Below, one piece after another: positions 34,881 through 35,549 of a DNA stretch of 35,549 bases (within the stretch, counting starts at the first letter, position 1; every line of letters begins with the position of its first letter). The DNA is from Chthonomonadales bacterium (GTDB taxonomy: Bacteria > Armatimonadota > Chthonomonadetes > Chthonomonadales > Chthonomonadaceae). A program made the translations under genes and the position numbers. The notes below the pieces were generated by a model. That model was not told the origin of the DNA and ran no database searches. It saw only the letters and a list, made by a program, of their open reading frames with translations. The stretch is from contig JBBQPO010000021.1 of NCBI GenBank assembly GCA_038217285.1, positions 1-35,549 on the forward strand, given 5' to 3'.

Positions 34881-35549
34881 TAGCGACAACAAAACTCTTC
34901 CTGGCTCCGTCGATTGGCTCGTTCGGTATGACCGCATCGACTGCACTGCTGCGAAGAGTACCGAGCGTCCACCTCGACCAGAGGAACGCCTGCCCTGGTG
35001 CATTTGTAAGCCAGAAAAGATTTGAGCTGCGCAAAAGACCAGTTATTCAGTTCCGTCCGCATAGCCCGATTCAAACGGTTTCCTCGCGCACGGATGCCTT
35101 GCAACATCTCGACGGCGAGTGCCTTCTTTCGGTGCAGCGCCATGCCGACCAGCGTTTTGGAGATGCAGTGATTCACGTCGCGGACAAAACGGGATTCTTT
35201 CCGGCGGCTCTTTGCCATCCGCTTCCGAGCCGAGCGGGTTTTCTTGGCTTGCAGTTCCTGACGCAAGCGGCGATAGCGTTTGCGGACACGTTTTACCGCT
35301 TCACCGCTGTAGCGATTGCCTTCACTATCCGTCGCGAGGTTGACGATGCCGAGGTCTATGCCGATCACTCCTTCGGGCGTAAAAGGTTCGGCCTCTGCTG
35401 CGGTGACCGCGCAGGAGAGGTAGAAAGCCCCGCCCCGTAGGAGTAAGTCGGTCTGCCCTTTCTTGCCTTGCAGGAGTTCTTTGTGCTCTGGGGAACACAA
35501 GAAGGGAAGGTGCAGACGCCCCGACACGGTGTTGAGGCTGACGCTCTGT
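34736..35549 (-). mobile_element. IS200/IS605-family element: right end at 34736, left part beyond the window
   Basis: Minus-strand end reads CAAG-CCGTTCGCC-TGTA-GGCGACGG-TAGTTGAC, i.e. a subterminal hairpin and typical terminus downstream of tnpB; host gene similarity stops here. Confidence 0.85.
34751..35548 (-). CDS. tnpB: RNA-guided endonuclease TnpB (5'-truncated by the window edge)
   Basis: RuvC-I GIDLG, RuvC-II AVEML, NWSFAQL, Zn finger CSRC..CRYC, RuvC-III NADVNAA; frame stays open to the window end. Confidence 0.95.
   Translation of the reverse strand, partial: QSVSLNTVSGRLHLPFLCSPEHKELLQGKKGQTDLLLRGGAFYLSCAVTAAEAEPFTPEGVIGIDLGIVNLATDSEGNRYSGEAVKRVRKRYRRLRQELQAKKTRSARKRMAKSRRKESRFVRDVNHCISKTLVGMALHRKKALAVEMLQGIRARGNRLNRAMRTELNNWSFAQLKSFLAYKCTRAGVPLVEVDARYSSQQCSRCGHTERANRRSQEEFCCRYCCFESNADVNAALVLETRVTLSTGPRFYLAALASRGGQAVRL

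Noticed and set aside
29908..35549. Sigma factor plus TnpB as an RNA-guided transcription system, or TnpB as nuclease-dead TldR
   Set aside because: They are over 4 kb apart with holA and rpsT between; TnpB keeps all RuvC residues and sits in an IS end interrupting a gene.

Overview
A GC-rich bacterial chromosomal segment, probably Armatimonadota or similar (inferred from the prepilin/H-X9-DG DUF1559 gene and gene style). It contains mqnE, an S66 LD-carboxypeptidase, two small envelope genes and a 14.5-kb minus-strand complex I operon (nuoA-C-D-E-F-G-H-J-K-L-M-N). The operon cleanly lacks nuoB and nuoI and has long C-terminal tails on NuoA and NuoM. Next come a decayed higBA islet (intact HigA, 3' remnant of higB), a DUF1559 + lipoprotein pair, G5/3D-rsmA, a Rad52/Sak-like annealase candidate, a tandem-GNAT gene, a secreted xxDPK-repeat protein, a discoidin-containing glycoside hydrolase, an orphan ECF-type sigma factor, a two-barrel porin, holA and rpsT. 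The window ends in a RimJ/RimL GNAT interrupted by an IS200/IS605 element whose TnpB has intact catalytic residues. The most notable non-coding signals are Rex-like operators at both mqnE and nuoA, a GAAC(C/T)-N16-CGTCT ECF promoter motif seen three times, a 17-bp helix masking the sigma-factor RBS behind a small uORF, and a GNAT leader peptide inside a repeat-flanked islet. No CRISPR array, tRNA or rRNA was seen. All calls are by eye, without database searches.
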